Of a stretch of DNA of 64,000 nt, positions 35,711-46,764 are shown piece after piece (the stretch's first letter is position 1; the number at the start of each line of letters is the position of its first letter). Location: contig JAFGDO010000032.1 in NCBI GenBank assembly GCA_016932045.1, forward strand, positions 127,612 through 191,611. Direction: 5' to 3'. Source of the stretch: Candidatus Dojkabacteria bacterium (GTDB lineage Bacteria; Patescibacteriota; Dojkabacteria; JAHIVN01). A model generated the notes under the pieces. That model had not been told where the DNA came from, made no database searches, and saw nothing but the letters and a program-made list of their open reading frames with translations. The translations under genes were made by a program, and so were the position numbers.

Positions 35711-38700
35711 TCACGAAACACCTCTTGTTGGTATGCCATCAGGCCAGCAGTGATTCCTAAAATCACAATTCTGGCAATGACGGTATTCTTTTGTTCTCTC
35801 AAATTCTAGGTTCCTGATTTTTTCCATATTACTTCGTACGATATCCTTTAAATCCTCAATTTCATCGATGGAATAATTATAAGTCTCCTTCTTTGCTTTT
35901 CTACCGCCCTTTGATTCAACAAAGTCAAATTCTCCTGTAACAACTTCATAGTTGAAATTCCTGTCCAGACTAGAGAGAAGCTTGTAAAAAAGTATCTGTC
36001 TGAAAAGATCACCATCCGATGTTTTTGTCTTCCCTTCGATTTCTCCTTTGGATTTCGGTGATCCTGTTTTATAATCAATGACTTTTACATGCTTTCTGTC
36101 TTTATCCACCCACTCTATCTTATCTACTTTACCCGAAAGAGGTATATTATTTAAGTAAACCTTTCTAAACCCAAATGAGTACTCATTGTAAAGAGGCTCC
36201 TTAAAACTATTCATATTATTCTTATAATACTCATCTAATACCTTTTGTCCGCGAGTAAGGAGAGTAGAGTAGTCTTCCTTTGTAAGAAGTTCTTTTTTGA
36301 GTGCCTTTGCATATTCTTGAATAAGCAGTGTTTTCTGAGGCGCTTTTTTCTGTTTCTTGAATTCTTTGAAATAATTCTCGAGTGCCTTATGAATTGCGGT
36401 TCCAAATGAGAGATAGACTGGCTTTGCCCGCGGGGTTCGGAGTATATTATTCAGCTTGAATTTATAGGGACATTTCAGATAGTTATTTAAAGCAGTAACA
36501 CTAAGTTTCATATTTGCGATTATCGATTGCAGAAAATCTTCCTCTTTTAGAACAGATTTATTCGAGCTTGGAAGCTTGAGTTGTTCTCCGATTTTGTCCT
36601 TAAGAGCTTTTTCAAATTCCGTTGTTGCAATTTGTTTCACGAATTGTCTATCAATTTCAGTTATAAACATTGAGGGAACAGCTTCGCGGGAAAAGCCTCC
36701 ACTTTGATACTTTTCACTATAGGTGATGTATACTTGTTTTTTTGCCCTTGTAAGTGCAACGTAAAAGAGCCGTCTTTCATCTTCGTTTTTTTCCTTTTGC
36801 CTATCCTCGCTTTCTAAAATTTCTTTTGGAAGCTTTATATGTTCCCTAGTGACATTATTGCCCCATTTTTTATCGATACACTTGGTGATGAAAACATGAT
36901 TAAACTCTAGTCCCTTGGCCTTGTGTGCTGTTAGAAGTTTAACAGCATCACTATCGTTTTCAAAAGTTTGCTCTTCAATTTTTATATTGTTCTCTTTCAT
37001 TAACTCTAAATTCTCAAGAAAGCTAGCGAGGTCAAGCGTATGATCCATATAATTAAGTTCTTTGATTTTACTAAAGAATGTATTGATCGTATTTATCCTT
37101 GAGATGTTGTACTTATCTCTAAGAACCCAGTTTAAAAAACCGCTTTCATGAAGAAGAATTTCGAAAAATTCTACAAAAATTTTATTTGTAGAGAGGCCTT
37201 GCCATTTGTTAAGGTCTTCTCCTAGTTGGATAAGTTTTCCTGGATTTTCTAAGTTAATTTCGTTAAAAATATCATGATCTATGATGGCATCTAGGAGATT
37301 AACTCTTTTCTCTGATGCAAAACGAGCTAGTTTAAGGACGTCGAGTTTATTTAAATTCAGGAAGTCGAAATTCAGCAGAGTGAATAAGTCAATGTCTTCT
37401 CCTGGTTTCTCTTTTAAATCTCTTAGAACTTTTAAAAGGAGAATGAGTCTCAATATGTCTCCATCTTCTAGGATGTCTCTGCCTCCTGTTATCTCATAAC
37501 GGATACTTGAGCGGGCGAGAGCATCTTGTATATCTTCAAAGTCCTTATTTTGCCTTACAAGAATTGCTATTTGGTCAGGATCAGAGCCATTATTCAAAAG
37601 CTCTTTTATTTCCATTGCTATAAACTGATTCTCGCTTTCTGCAGTTGAAAATCTTGCAATCTTTATCGGAGAGTTAAATTGTTTTGCTCTGCTTTTTAGT
37701 TTCTTTTCTATTCCTTCAAGTTTCAGCAAGTTCTTATCAATGAGGGTTCTTGAAGCGTCAAGTATGCATTGGCTGCTTCTGTAGCTACTTGTGAGAGTTA
37801 TGACTTTTGCATTCTTGAATAAATTCTTGAAATATAAAACATTCTCAAGAGAAGCTCCCTGAAAGCGATAAATTGACTGTTCATCATCCCCCACAGCGAA
37901 AATATTTGGATTTTCCCAATGATCGGTTAGCAGTCTGATTATGTTGTTCTGACTGGAGTTTGTATCCTGATACTCGTCGACAAGAATGTAGAGGAATCGC
38001 TCTTGAAGAGTTAACTTCAAATTCTCATCATTTTTTAGTTTATCTACGACTAAATTAATCATATCTTCAAAATCAAACCGTTTTATCTTGCTCATTTGAT
38101 CCTGATATATTCTGTAGATCTTTAATAACTCCTCTTGCTTTTGTACGTTTTTTAACTCTTGGATGTATTTCACGCAGGGTTTGCCGGTTCTCGGATTGAT
38201 CTTCTTTTCTGACTTATCAACACGCATTCTTTCATCATCTATAAGATTTTCGAGTTCAACCGGACTTATTCCTTCACGTTTTAGATCTTGAATCGCTTTG
38301 ATAAGACTGTTTATGTAAAAATACGGAACATTCAGGGGTTTTAGAATATCTAATTCGGTTGTGTCAATTATTTGCTTGAACAGCTGAATTCTTTCAAGTT
38401 CGGATAGGGGAGTAGTATCTTCGGTTATTAGAAATTCTTCGGAGAATTCCTTTATGATATCGGTACAAAAGGAATGAAATGTGTTTATATTTACGTAGTA
38501 AGAACTAGGACCTATGATTTCGCCTAGTCTTTCTCTCATGGCTTTTACGCCACTTTCTGTAAAGGTGAGTGCGAGTATCGACTGGGGATCTGTATCCGTT
38601 TTCTTTAGGATATTTGCTATGCGCATTGTAAGGGTTAGTGTCTTACCTGTTCCGGGTCCGGCGATTATCATGACGGGTCCTTCGATTGTGCTGACAGCAT

Positions 38701-38746
38701 CCTTTTGTTCTTTATTGAGCTTTTTATAGAGCGATTGAAATCTCAT
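35711..38746 (-). CDS. UvrD/PcrA-family SF1 helicase fused to C-terminal Cas4/AddB-type PD-(D/E)xK nuclease domain with Fe-S cysteines
   Basis: Walker A AGPGTGKT, helicase motifs (LVDEYQDTN, VGDDEQSIYRFQGA). C-terminal LKCPYKF…VIDYKTG…CQNCDFRNHC. Confidence 0.85.
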   Translation of the reverse strand: MRFQSLYKKLNKEQKDAVSTIEGPVMIIAGPGTGKTLTLTMRIANILKKTDTDPQSILALTFTESGVKAMRERLGEIIGPSSYYVNINTFHSFCTDIIKEFSEEFLITEDTTPLSELERIQLFKQIIDTTELDILKPLNVPYFYINSLIKAIQDLKREGISPVELENLIDDERMRVDKSEKKINPRTGKPCVKYIQELKNVQKQEELLKIYRIYQDQMSKIKRFDFEDMINLVVDKLKNDENLKLTLQERFLYILVDEYQDTNSSQNNIIRLLTDHWENPNIFAVGDDEQSIYRFQGASLENVLYFKNLFKNAKVITLTSSYRSSQCILDASRTLIDKNLLKLEGIEKKLKSRAKQFNSPIKIARFSTAESENQFIAMEIKELLNNGSDPDQIAILVRQNKDFEDIQDALARSSIRYEITGGRDILEDGDILRLILLLKVLRDLKEKPGEDIDLFTLLNFDFLNLNKLDVLKLARFASEKRVNLLDAIIDHDIFNEINLENPGKLIQLGEDLNKWQGLSTNKIFVEFFEILLHESGFLNWVLRDKYNISRINTINTFFSKIKELNYMDHTLDLASFLENLELMKENNIKIEEQTFENDSDAVKLLTAHKAKGLEFNHVFITKCIDKKWGNNVTREHIKLPKEILESEDRQKEKNEDERRLFYVALTRAKKQVYITYSEKYQSGGFSREAVPSMFITEIDRQFVKQIATTEFEKALKDKIGEQLKLPSSNKSVLKEEDFLQSIIANMKLSVTALNNYLKCPYKFKLNNILRTPRAKPVYLSFGTAIHKALENYFKEFKKQKKAPQKTLLIQEYAKALKKELLTKEDYSTLLTRGQKVLDEYYKNNMNSFKEPLYNEYSFGFRKVYLNNIPLSGKVDKIEWVDKDRKHVKVIDYKTGSPKSKGEIEGKTKTSDGDLFRQILFYKLLSSLDRNFNYEVVTGEFDFVESKGGRKAKKETYNYSIDEIEDLKDIVRSNMEKIRNLEFERTKEYRHCQNCDFRNHCWPDGIPTRGVS

Positions 38747-38782
38747 AAGTAATCAAGAATTATGACGGCTATCTTTCTTTAT

Positions 38783-39724
38783 CTATTCCAAATAGACCTG
38801 TGTGCCTATCCACTTCTGGTATTCAGAAAAACCAGGGGTTTGGCCCTCTCCGAGTTTTATTGCCTTGTGAAACAAGCGTACCTGACTAGATGCTCGGTCA
38901 ACGTAGTGGACTATAGCGGCTTCGATTGTTGATGGAAGAATAGGTGATCCAAGTGCAAGTTCGCCTTGATGGGATATAATGATGTGTTCAAGCTTCGTCC
39001 ACAGTTCTTCTGGGAAGTCTTTTGGAAGTCTCGACTTAACGAATTCAGCACCTTGCACGACATGTCCGATTAATTTACCGCGTTTTGTCCTAATTAAAGC
39101 TGTTTTTTTTACTTCAAGTTCATATACTTTTCCAATATCATGGAGAATTACTCCGGAAGCAACTAGATCCTTGTTCGCATCTTGATAATATTTAAGTAGT
39201 GCTTTTGATATGTCATTCATTTCAAGCGTATGTTCCATAAGTCCCCCAATGAAATCATGATGTACCTTTTCAGCAGCAGGAGAACGTTTATATCTTTTGA
39301 CAAAAGAGTCGTCCTCAAAGATTCCCTTAAGTAGTTTTTTTAGATGTTTGTTTTGTACATTGTTTATGATTTCTTGGATTTCGGTGAACATCTTACCTAA
39401 ATCTCTGTCGCTTGATTGTAGAAGATCTGTAATATCGTAATCATCTGTCTTTTTGAGATTTTTTATAGTTATCTGGAGTTGTCCCTTGTAAGTACTGACG
39501 TCGGCGCTTATTTCCACTACTTCACCTGCCTCTATATTCCTAAGTTGGCAATTAGCAAAGTCATCCTGCCAGATTTTCGCTGCAATTTCACCAGTTTTGT
39601 CTTGAAGGACCAATCTATAATACGGTGCTTGAGTTCGTGTTTTATGCTGCTGGATTTCTTCGATCGAAAAAACCTGCTCTGTGATAAAATCTCCATCCTT
39701 AAGATCACTTACAAATATTTTCAT
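38783..39724 (-). CDS. YhaM-like 3'-5' exonuclease (OB-fold + HD domain)
   Basis: N-terminal OB-like segment, HD motif region (VILHDIGKVYE, HH…). Confidence 0.7.
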   Translation of the reverse strand: MKIFVSDLKDGDFITEQVFSIEEIQQHKTRTQAPYYRLVLQDKTGEIAAKIWQDDFANCQLRNIEAGEVVEISADVSTYKGQLQITIKNLKKTDDYDITDLLQSSDRDLGKMFTEIQEIINNVQNKHLKKLLKGIFEDDSFVKRYKRSPAAEKVHHDFIGGLMEHTLEMNDISKALLKYYQDANKDLVASGVILHDIGKVYELEVKKTALIRTKRGKLIGHVVQGAEFVKSRLPKDFPEELWTKLEHIIISHQGELALGSPILPSTIEAAIVHYVDRASSQVRLFHKAIKLGEGQTPGFSEYQKWIGTQVYLE

Positions 39725-39953
39725 TCAAGGCATTCTAATATATAAAATTCCAGTTAATTCCTATATCCCTTAGCGTTCTTAATGGGGGTTTTGATTATCC
39801 AACCATCTATCCATCTACATGACTACTTTCATTTTCTCAAAAATTTGTGCTAATTAAAAGTACAGGCTATGATAATTCTTTTCATTAAATTCTTTTCTTA
39901 CTTCATGTATAATAATTGTGTAGATTGTACCTTATTTCTTAATAATTTACGAA

Positions 39954-40259
39954 ATGGCTGATGCAAAAAAACTGAAGATTAATGTTTCTCCGGATAAAAT
40001 TGAAGCAAAATATAGTGATTTTGCTATTATTGCCAAAAGCGCGCTTGGTTTTAATTTCGACTTTGCCCAAAGAATTCCCGGAGGAAATCAAGTAAATATT
40101 GTTTCGAGAATCGGGATGAGTCCTCAGCATGCAAAACTTTTTTTTAAAGTACTTGAAAGAAATTTAGAGCAGTACGAAAAACAGTATGGTGAGATAAAAG
40201 TGCCCGAAGGAGTGAAAAGATCAAAAGAAGATAACAGTATTATTCATTTTGTGAAGTGA
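39954..40259 (+). CDS. small conserved hypothetical protein (DUF3467-like)
   Basis: SDFAII…FDFAQRIPGG pattern. Confidence 0.45.
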   Translation: MADAKKLKINVSPDKIEAKYSDFAIIAKSALGFNFDFAQRIPGGNQVNIVSRIGMSPQHAKLFFKVLERNLEQYEKQYGEIKVPEGVKRSKEDNSIIHFVK

Positions 40260-40377
40260 CACTTTAGGGAGAAATTTTAAGGTGGGGAAGATCTGATTTC
40301 TAATGGTAGCCAGTTGATTTATAACTTTAAGTGTGGGATACTAAATATAATAATAATTAGTTAATAGCATAAAAAAT

Positions 40378-40725
40378 ATGGAATTTGGAGATTTACCAAA
40401 ATTGATTCTTGCAGTAGCTGTCTCTCTAAGCTGTGTTGGTATAAGCTACCAAATTATGCGCCTTTTAGGTGCCATAACAGAGAACATGCAAGACCTTAGG
40501 AAAACGATTAAAAATCTAGGTATACTTGTTGAGGGTTTGGTCGAGGACCAGAAATTACTAAGTGAAGGTCTTAGGGGAGTGCTTGAAATTATTGAAAAGG
40601 TAAGAGCTATGTCAAATATGGTTTATGAGAAGGTCATGAAACCAATTACTGTAATTTTCGGATTTCTCACAACTGTAGGTAACTTTGTAGAGGGGGTGAA
40701 GGGGAAGTATTTTAAAAATAGATAG
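40378..40725 (+). CDS. hypothetical membrane protein
   Basis: N-terminal TM (LILAVAVSLSCVGISY). Confidence 0.45.
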   Translation: MEFGDLPKLILAVAVSLSCVGISYQIMRLLGAITENMQDLRKTIKNLGILVEGLVEDQKLLSEGLRGVLEIIEKVRAMSNMVYEKVMKPITVIFGFLTTVGNFVEGVKGKYFKNR

Positions 40726-40795
40726 TAGGTTGTGGGGAATTAAAATCGAGATACATTCGTTAATTTTACCTAATTTAAATTTTAGTGTTTCAAAA

Positions 40796-41077
40796 ATGAG
40801 AAGAGATAATAATTCATTACTTTTTATTTCAGGTGTAATACTTGGAGCAGTTGTAGGCGGTGCTATGGGGGTTCTTTTTGCTCCGGCATCGGGTGAGGAA
40901 ACAAGAGACAAAATTGCCAAGAAAAGTAAGAAAGTGATGAAGGAGGTAAAAAAAGGCGCACAAGAGTTGGGTGAAAAAATTGAGCCGGCTCTGGAAAACG
41001 TCAAAAAGGAATTTGCAGAAAGAGTAGAGGAGATGAAAGCTGGATTTGAAAAAGGAGCGAAGGCAGTAAAAAAGTAA
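40796..41077 (+). CDS. YtxH-domain protein
   Basis: GVILGAVVGGAMGVLFAPASGEETR followed by coiled-coil. Start at ATG 40796 rather than ORF-track 40730. Confidence 0.65.
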   Translation: MRRDNNSLLFISGVILGAVVGGAMGVLFAPASGEETRDKIAKKSKKVMKEVKKGAQELGEKIEPALENVKKEFAERVEEMKAGFEKGAKAVKK

Positions 41078-41123
41078 TTAAAAAGATTCGGATTTTTCGA
41101 GTTTATCTTTGATTAGATTTAGA

Positions 41124-41453
41124 ATGGCTATAGAGTTAACAAGTCAAAATTTTAAGGAAGAGGTTCTCGATTTTGATGGTGTAGTTGTTATTGATTTCTG
41201 GGCTGACTGGTGTGGCCCGTGCAAGATGTTATCTCCGGTGATTGAAGAAGTTTCTAGTGAATTTGCTGATAATGAAAAAGTTAAAGTGTGTAAGGTAAAT
41301 GTTGATGAGAATAGTGACCTTGCTCAGGAATACGGCATCATGAGTATACCGGCACTAAAGTTTTTCAGGGGAGGAGAGATTGTTCACGAACTTGTCGGCC
41401 TTCAACCTCGAGATGCTATTATCGAAAGTTTGAATAAACTTATAGCAAATTGA
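41124..41453 (+). CDS. trxA: thioredoxin
   Basis: WCGPCK active site. ATG at 41124; the ORF-track start 41109 is TTG. Confidence 0.9.
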   Translation: MAIELTSQNFKEEVLDFDGVVVIDFWADWCGPCKMLSPVIEEVSSEFADNEKVKVCKVNVDENSDLAQEYGIMSIPALKFFRGGEIVHELVGLQPRDAIIESLNKLIAN

Positions 41454-41506
41454 CATTTAGTACTATAATTTAGTATCATTTCAGCCACGTTTTTAAGTTA
41501 TATAAA

Positions 41507-41773
41507 ATGGCATTAACAACAGACGAAAAAAAGAAGATATTGGGGAAGTATCAATTGCACAAAAAAGATACCGGTTCTCCGCAAGTACAGATAGCTCTAC
41601 TTTCTACAAGGATAGAGGAATTGCGGGAGCACCTTAAGATTCATAAAAAAGACTTTCATTCAAGAAGAGGGCTTTTGAATCTTGTTGGCCAGAGAAGACG
41701 GCTTATGAAATACCTAGAAAAAACAGATCCCAAATCGCTAGCCGAATTAAAGAAAGATCTTAAGCTAGATTAG
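41507..41773 (+). CDS. rpsO: 30S ribosomal protein S15
   Basis: [35 protein letters not shown]. Confidence 0.95.
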   Translation: MALTTDEKKKILGKYQLHKKDTGSPQVQIALLSTRIEELREHLKIHKKDFHSRRGLLNLVGQRRRLMKYLEKTDPKSLAELKKDLKLD

Positions 41774-41807
41774 AGATCTGTGCATAGATACTATAACTAA
41801 TCGAAAC

Positions 41808-41836
41808 AAAGGGGCGCGCAGGCCCTTTTTTTATGG
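41808..41836 (+). terminator. intrinsic terminator after rpsO
   Basis: AAAGGGGC-GCGCAG-GCCCTTTTTTT: GC stem followed by T7 run. Confidence 0.6.
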
Positions 41837-41926
41837 CATTGGATACTTGTAAGTGAAAGCATAAGACTTTATTTGGCTGATATAAGGTATAATGATCCAA
41901 TGATTTCAGATTAACATTGAAATAGG

Positions 41927-43039
41927 GTGGCTAATAGATTTAAAATTTTCAGAAGAAAATTAAAGTCAACGGGAAGTAGGGTGGCATTATCATTTAAAAG
42001 GGATGGGACGAACAAGAAGCTTAGGCGTAGAAAATTCAGGGTTGTTTTGAAAGTACTAAGCGGCGAGCTTTTTAAAAATAAATTTTTTAGAGTTTCTATA
42101 ATTGTCGTAATAAGCTGCCTTTTGATCATACTAGGTAGATTTTTCCTCTTCGGTCCAGAGTTTGAAATAAACGAAATCCAAATTCATGGATGCAACTCTC
42201 TTGATGCATATTCTATCGAAGAGAAACTTTCATACTTGAAGGGTAAAAATATCTTTTTTGTGAGGGCCTCAAGAGTCGGTGATGAAGTTTTAAATATCTC
42301 ACCATATATTATGACAGCAAAGGCTGAGAAACATTTACCTGGAACTATAATTGTTAACATCGAGGAGCGTCGTCCGAGTTTCCTTTGGATAAATTTAAAT
42401 GGGGCGTATTTAGTTGATAATGAGGGTTTTATTCTTGAAGTTATAGTAAACTATAACAACTTTGAAATCTCTGAGGAAGATCTGGATCTTCTTCGAGGAT
42501 ATGGTAATTTAAAGGAGATTGAGGAAAGTAGAGTAAAGGAGGAAAACAGTGCGGTTGAGGATACTGACGCACAAGTTGAAGAATCAGCAGACGAAATTGC
42601 GGAAGAGCTGACTTTGGAGGAAAAATATGTAATCATAGAGGGGAACCGGCAGGAAGTAATCTCTAGGGTCGATAGTTTCTGGGAAGAAAAAATTGTTGGC
42701 ATTCCAGAAGTATATATGAAGTATCCGTTTGTCTTTAGCTACGAACAACGTGAGATAAGTATCCGGGAAGAGATAAGCGAAGAGATAGTTTCTTCTACAA
42801 AGGTTGGAATAGGTATAGATTCTTTAGGCGAAGATGTAGTAAGATATATTTGGGAAAGCAATTATCGTTTCGTAATTTACCTTGCTAGGAGAAGAAAGAT
42901 AGTTTTTACAACGAGAAGGAATTTTGATGAACAGGTGAATGATCTGGATGTATTGCTCGATAAATTTAAGAAGGAGAATTTAGAATTCGTGTATATAGAC
43001 TTAAGTGGTGATATAATTGTTTATGAACTTGAGGAATAA
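41927..43039 (+). CDS. ftsQ: cell division protein FtsQ-like (POTRA domain) with acidic insertion
   Basis: Basic N-tail, TM (VSIIVVISCLLIILG), POTRA-like region. Positioned immediately upstream of ftsA-ftsZ. GTG start. Confidence 0.65.
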   Translation: MANRFKIFRRKLKSTGSRVALSFKRDGTNKKLRRRKFRVVLKVLSGELFKNKFFRVSIIVVISCLLIILGRFFLFGPEFEINEIQIHGCNSLDAYSIEEKLSYLKGKNIFFVRASRVGDEVLNISPYIMTAKAEKHLPGTIIVNIEERRPSFLWINLNGAYLVDNEGFILEVIVNYNNFEISEEDLDLLRGYGNLKEIEESRVKEENSAVEDTDAQVEESADEIAEELTLEEKYVIIEGNRQEVISRVDSFWEEKIVGIPEVYMKYPFVFSYEQREISIREEISEEIVSSTKVGIGIDSLGEDVVRYIWESNYRFVIYLARRRKIVFTTRRNFDEQVNDLDVLLDKFKKENLEFVYIDLSGDIIVYELEE

Positions 43040-43373
43040 TTTTGAAAGGTGATTTTTTAAATGTTAAAAAAGTTTACACAATTTTGAGTGTTAGTACTTG
43101 ACAAAAAGCTCTAAGTGAGAAAAAATATATCAATGGTTCGGGAATTTCAATAATAGGATTAGTTGACAAGAGGGAGATGTAAATTGGAATTCTTCGATTT
43201 GACTGAGTCTGTCAAAGTCACCATACAATTAAGCTAACTTCCGTAAGTAATCGCAAGATATGTTAGCTAGATTTTATCCCATAGAAATAGTTCTATGGGC
43301 GATGTCAAATAAACACAATGTTCTTAGTTATTGATTTATAAGTGTGAAGTTATAATTTACTAAGAGGAACGTC

Positions 43374-44663
43374 ATGGCAAAGAGAATAATTAGTGCTTTA
43401 GATGTAGGATCTGCAAAGGTGTGTGCAGTGATAGCTTCTGTTGAGGAAGACGGTGTGCCGCAAGTGATAGGAGTTGCAAGTCAACCCAGTGCTGGAATTA
43501 AAAAGGGAGTTGTTGTAAATATTGATGATTCAATAAATACAATTGCCTCTACTCTCGAGGCTGCAGAAAGGATGGCGGGCATTACTGTTCCATCTGTATA
43601 TCTTTCTGTATCAGGAAAGCATATTACAAGTACAAATAATAAGGGTGTGGTAGCAGTTTCGACCGAAGAGATTATTCCCGATGATGTGTTCAGAGCTATT
43701 GAAAGTGCTAGGACTGTGTCAATTCCAGCCGGAAGGGAGATACTTCATGTTATACCAAGGGAATTTATTGTTGATTCTCAGGGGTGCGTTAAGGATCCAA
43801 TAGGCATGACGGGTACAAGGCTTGAAGTGGATGCGCATATTGTATCAGCTACATCTACGGTGTTGCATAATCTGTTAAAATGTGTTCAGCAGTTGGGATT
43901 AAAGGTTGACGATGTTGTTTTCAGTGGATGGTCGTCTTCTACAGCGGTCTTGACTGATACAGAGAAAGAACTTGGTGTTATGTTACTCGATATTGGTGGG
44001 GGAGTCACTTCTATTTCGACTTTTGTTGAGGATGCTATTACATATAGCGGATGTGTCCCATTTGGAGGACTGAATGTTACAAGTGATCTTGCTATCGGAC
44101 TTAGGGTTAGTTTAGACGATGCCGAAAGGATAAAAACAAATATTGCGGATATTATAAGGAGCCAAGGTGGTAAAAGGCAGGTTGACATAGGAGGCAAAAA
44201 GAAGGGAGAGAAAGGAAAGAAAAGAGCTAAGGTTGTTGATGTCTCATCTCTTGGCATAGAAGGGACCGATGAGGTTGATAAAGAACTATTTGATGAAATT
44301 ATTGAAGCAAGATTGAGTGAGATTTTCGACCTAGTCACAGCACAAATTGCACAGTCCGGCACAGATACAACGATGCCAGCTGGTGTAGTTGTAACTGGAG
44401 GGAGTGCTTTACTGCCGAATGTTACAAAGATTGCGAAAAAAATATTTAAAGTTCCTGCTCGAGTGGGATATCCAAAAGGCTTGGAGGGACTCGTAGATGA
44501 GATATCAAGTCCTGCATTCTCGACTATACAAGGTTTAATTTTGTATGGATCGAAAAGCAATGGGGAAGGTAGGATGAATGAGGGGGTGACTATGACGGGT
44601 GGAGGAGGTGTTGGGAACATTTTATCAAAAGTTGGGGGATGGTTTAAGAATTTGATACCTTAG
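43374..44663 (+). CDS. ftsA: cell division protein FtsA
   Basis: Actin-fold motifs ALDVGSAKVCAV, DIGGGVT, VVTGGSALL. Confidence 0.9.
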   Translation: MAKRIISALDVGSAKVCAVIASVEEDGVPQVIGVASQPSAGIKKGVVVNIDDSINTIASTLEAAERMAGITVPSVYLSVSGKHITSTNNKGVVAVSTEEIIPDDVFRAIESARTVSIPAGREILHVIPREFIVDSQGCVKDPIGMTGTRLEVDAHIVSATSTVLHNLLKCVQQLGLKVDDVVFSGWSSSTAVLTDTEKELGVMLLDIGGGVTSISTFVEDAITYSGCVPFGGLNVTSDLAIGLRVSLDDAERIKTNIADIIRSQGGKRQVDIGGKKKGEKGKKRAKVVDVSSLGIEGTDEVDKELFDEIIEARLSEIFDLVTAQIAQSGTDTTMPAGVVVTGGSALLPNVTKIAKKIFKVPARVGYPKGLEGLVDEISSPAFSTIQGLILYGSKSNGEGRMNEGVTMTGGGGVGNILSKVGGWFKNLIP

Positions 44664-44754
44664 AGCTCTTTTATTGCACTATATTAAGAAAAACTTAAAT
44701 TTTTTGTACTGTCCTGCTGTAAAGGCGTATAAGCTTACTTAAGAGATTATACTT

Positions 44755-45894
44755 ATGTTAATAAAACCACAATCATCATCACTGGCAAGAATAAAAGTAA
44801 TAGGTATTGGAGGAGGAGGGTGCAATGCTCTGAACAATATGATCAATAATTATAATATTGATGGTGTTGAGTTTGTAGCAGTAAACACCGATGCTGCAGC
44901 TTTGGCTGCGAATCAAGCAGAACTAAAGCTTAGAATAGGGGAGGATCTTACACGTGGATTAGGAAGTGGTGGGGATCCTGTTATTGGAAGAAAGGCAGCA
45001 GAAGAAAGTATTGATTTGATTCACGAGAATTTAGCGGGAGCTGATATGGTATTTTTAACAGCAGGTATGGGCGGGGGAACAGGAACTGGGGCATCGCCCG
45101 TTATTGCTGGCATTGCAAGGAATCTCGGTGCTTTGACAATAGCTATAGTCACAAAGCCGTTTTTGTTTGAAGGGACTAGGAGGACGAAAACTGCTGTTCA
45201 GGGTGTAGATGATCTAAAGGATAAGGTCGACACTTTAATAGTAATTCCAAATCAAAGAATTCTTGAGATAATTGACAAAAACGTTTCATTTCTTGAAGCT
45301 ATGAAGAAGGTTGACGATGTGCTCGGAAATGCAGTTAGGAGTATATCGAATCTTATAACTCAGACAGGGCTTATAAATGTTGACTTTGCTGATGTAAAGT
45401 CGGTGATGGCAGGAGCTGGTACATCACTTATGGGTATTGGAAGTGCTACTGGAGAAGATAGAGCACAAGAGGCAGCAAGACAAGCTATTGCTAGCCCTCT
45501 TCTTGAACTCAATATAGATGGAGCGACTGGAGTACTGTTTAATGTGATCGGAGGAAAGAGTTTGTCCATGTATGAGGTTGACGAGGCAGCTCAGGTTATC
45601 TCCAATGCTGCCGAGGCTGATGCAAATATTATTTTTGGTGCGACGATTGATCCCGATTTAGATGAGGAAATACAGATAACTGTTTTGGCAACAGGTTTCG
45701 ATCATGGCGTAACTGGTGTAAGTAGACCGATGAGTGGAGTTGTTACAGACCAGCAGACTCCTACACAAGCGACTTCAAGGCCGTCTTCAACATCTACTTC
45801 TAAAACAGATGATAAGAAGAAAAGCAAAGGTGGGGACGAAGGTGAGGAAGGTTGGCTCGAGACACCTGCTTTTCTGAGACGAAAACAGGAGTAA
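44755..45894 (+). CDS. ftsZ: cell division protein FtsZ
   Basis: GIGGGGCNA, tubulin signature GGGTGTG. Confidence 0.95.
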   Translation: MLIKPQSSSLARIKVIGIGGGGCNALNNMINNYNIDGVEFVAVNTDAAALAANQAELKLRIGEDLTRGLGSGGDPVIGRKAAEESIDLIHENLAGADMVFLTAGMGGGTGTGASPVIAGIARNLGALTIAIVTKPFLFEGTRRTKTAVQGVDDLKDKVDTLIVIPNQRILEIIDKNVSFLEAMKKVDDVLGNAVRSISNLITQTGLINVDFADVKSVMAGAGTSLMGIGSATGEDRAQEAARQAIASPLLELNIDGATGVLFNVIGGKSLSMYEVDEAAQVISNAAEADANIIFGATIDPDLDEEIQITVLATGFDHGVTGVSRPMSGVVTDQQTPTQATSRPSSTSTSKTDDKKKSKGGDEGEEGWLETPAFLRRKQE

Positions 45895-45933
45895 TTTCAA
45901 AAAACGCATAGGTGTTTGGATTATTTAGATACT

Positions 45934-46764
45934 TTACTGCTGAACAGCAGTTACTACAAGCCTTTTACTACTCAAGCCTGGGGGCGAACAGGTCATAAGC
46001 GTAAGTGTTTTTGTGCCATTAGAGCTTAATATATCAACATCCTCAGGATTTACTTCCTTTATTTTCTTAACAGTATAAGTATATTCCTGTTCCTGGAACT
46101 TAATTGTGATTTCGTCTCCGATATTCAGCTTAAAAAGCCTCGTAAAAGCGGTTACAACATCTTGAGGGTTTTTCTCAGCATAATCTCCTGCAGCACTATG
46201 TCCATAAATTAAAACATTGCAGTCCTGGCCGGGTAAGCATGTGCCTTTAAAATGAGCTAGTCCCTTGCCCAAGGCATCTTTGTAAGTTTCTTCGTTTGAG
46301 CTATCGACGTTTGAAGTAACAGGAGCATCATAGATTTTTATCTTTTTTATGGTAAGATAGAAAGTTCCTTTATAATCAATAGTTTGAGGACTTGGTTTCT
46401 TTTCTGTTATAAGCTTAGAAAAGTATTCGGAACCAGGATCCGAGATGTACTGTGCCCTCATTTTCTCATAGCTTTCCGGTACAAGGGGTATAACTTCTTG
46501 GTTTAGATTATCGGTGAGTTTGGTCTGTATGAGATGCACTGCAAATGGTTTTGCCTGACCATAAAGAATACTCAAGCCGCTGAATATAAATAAAAATGGT
46601 AGGATTAAAGCTACGGGCTTTATAGAAGAAATCTTTTGTGAAACCCGATAGGATACCTTGTCCAATACTGAAGCTATTGTTATACCTTTGATTGGCTTTT
46701 TCTTGACCTTTTTTTCAACCAGTTTGTTTTTAGGAGGTGCCTTTTTATAATAATAGAGTGTCAT
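45934..46764 (-). CDS. sortase family transpeptidase
   Basis: N-terminal TM, catalytic His (LIYGHS), TLMTC active-site Cys motif. Confidence 0.8.
   Translation of the reverse strand: MTLYYYKKAPPKNKLVEKKVKKKPIKGITIASVLDKVSYRVSQKISSIKPVALILPFLFIFSGLSILYGQAKPFAVHLIQTKLTDNLNQEVIPLVPESYEKMRAQYISDPGSEYFSKLITEKKPSPQTIDYKGTFYLTIKKIKIYDAPVTSNVDSSNEETYKDALGKGLAHFKGTCLPGQDCNVLIYGHSAAGDYAEKNPQDVVTAFTRLFKLNIGDEITIKFQEQEYTYTVKKIKEVNPEDVDILSSNGTKTLTLMTCSPPGLSSKRLVVTAVQQ

Noticed and set aside
35578-35802. 74-aa ORF overlapping the 3' end of the helicase-nuclease gene
   Set aside because: Alternative frame of a strongly supported 1011-aa gene, with no independent start context.
43886-44620. 244-aa minus-strand ORF inside ftsA
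   Set aside because: Antisense to ftsA. Pro/Ser-rich translation typical of a GC-skewed antisense frame.
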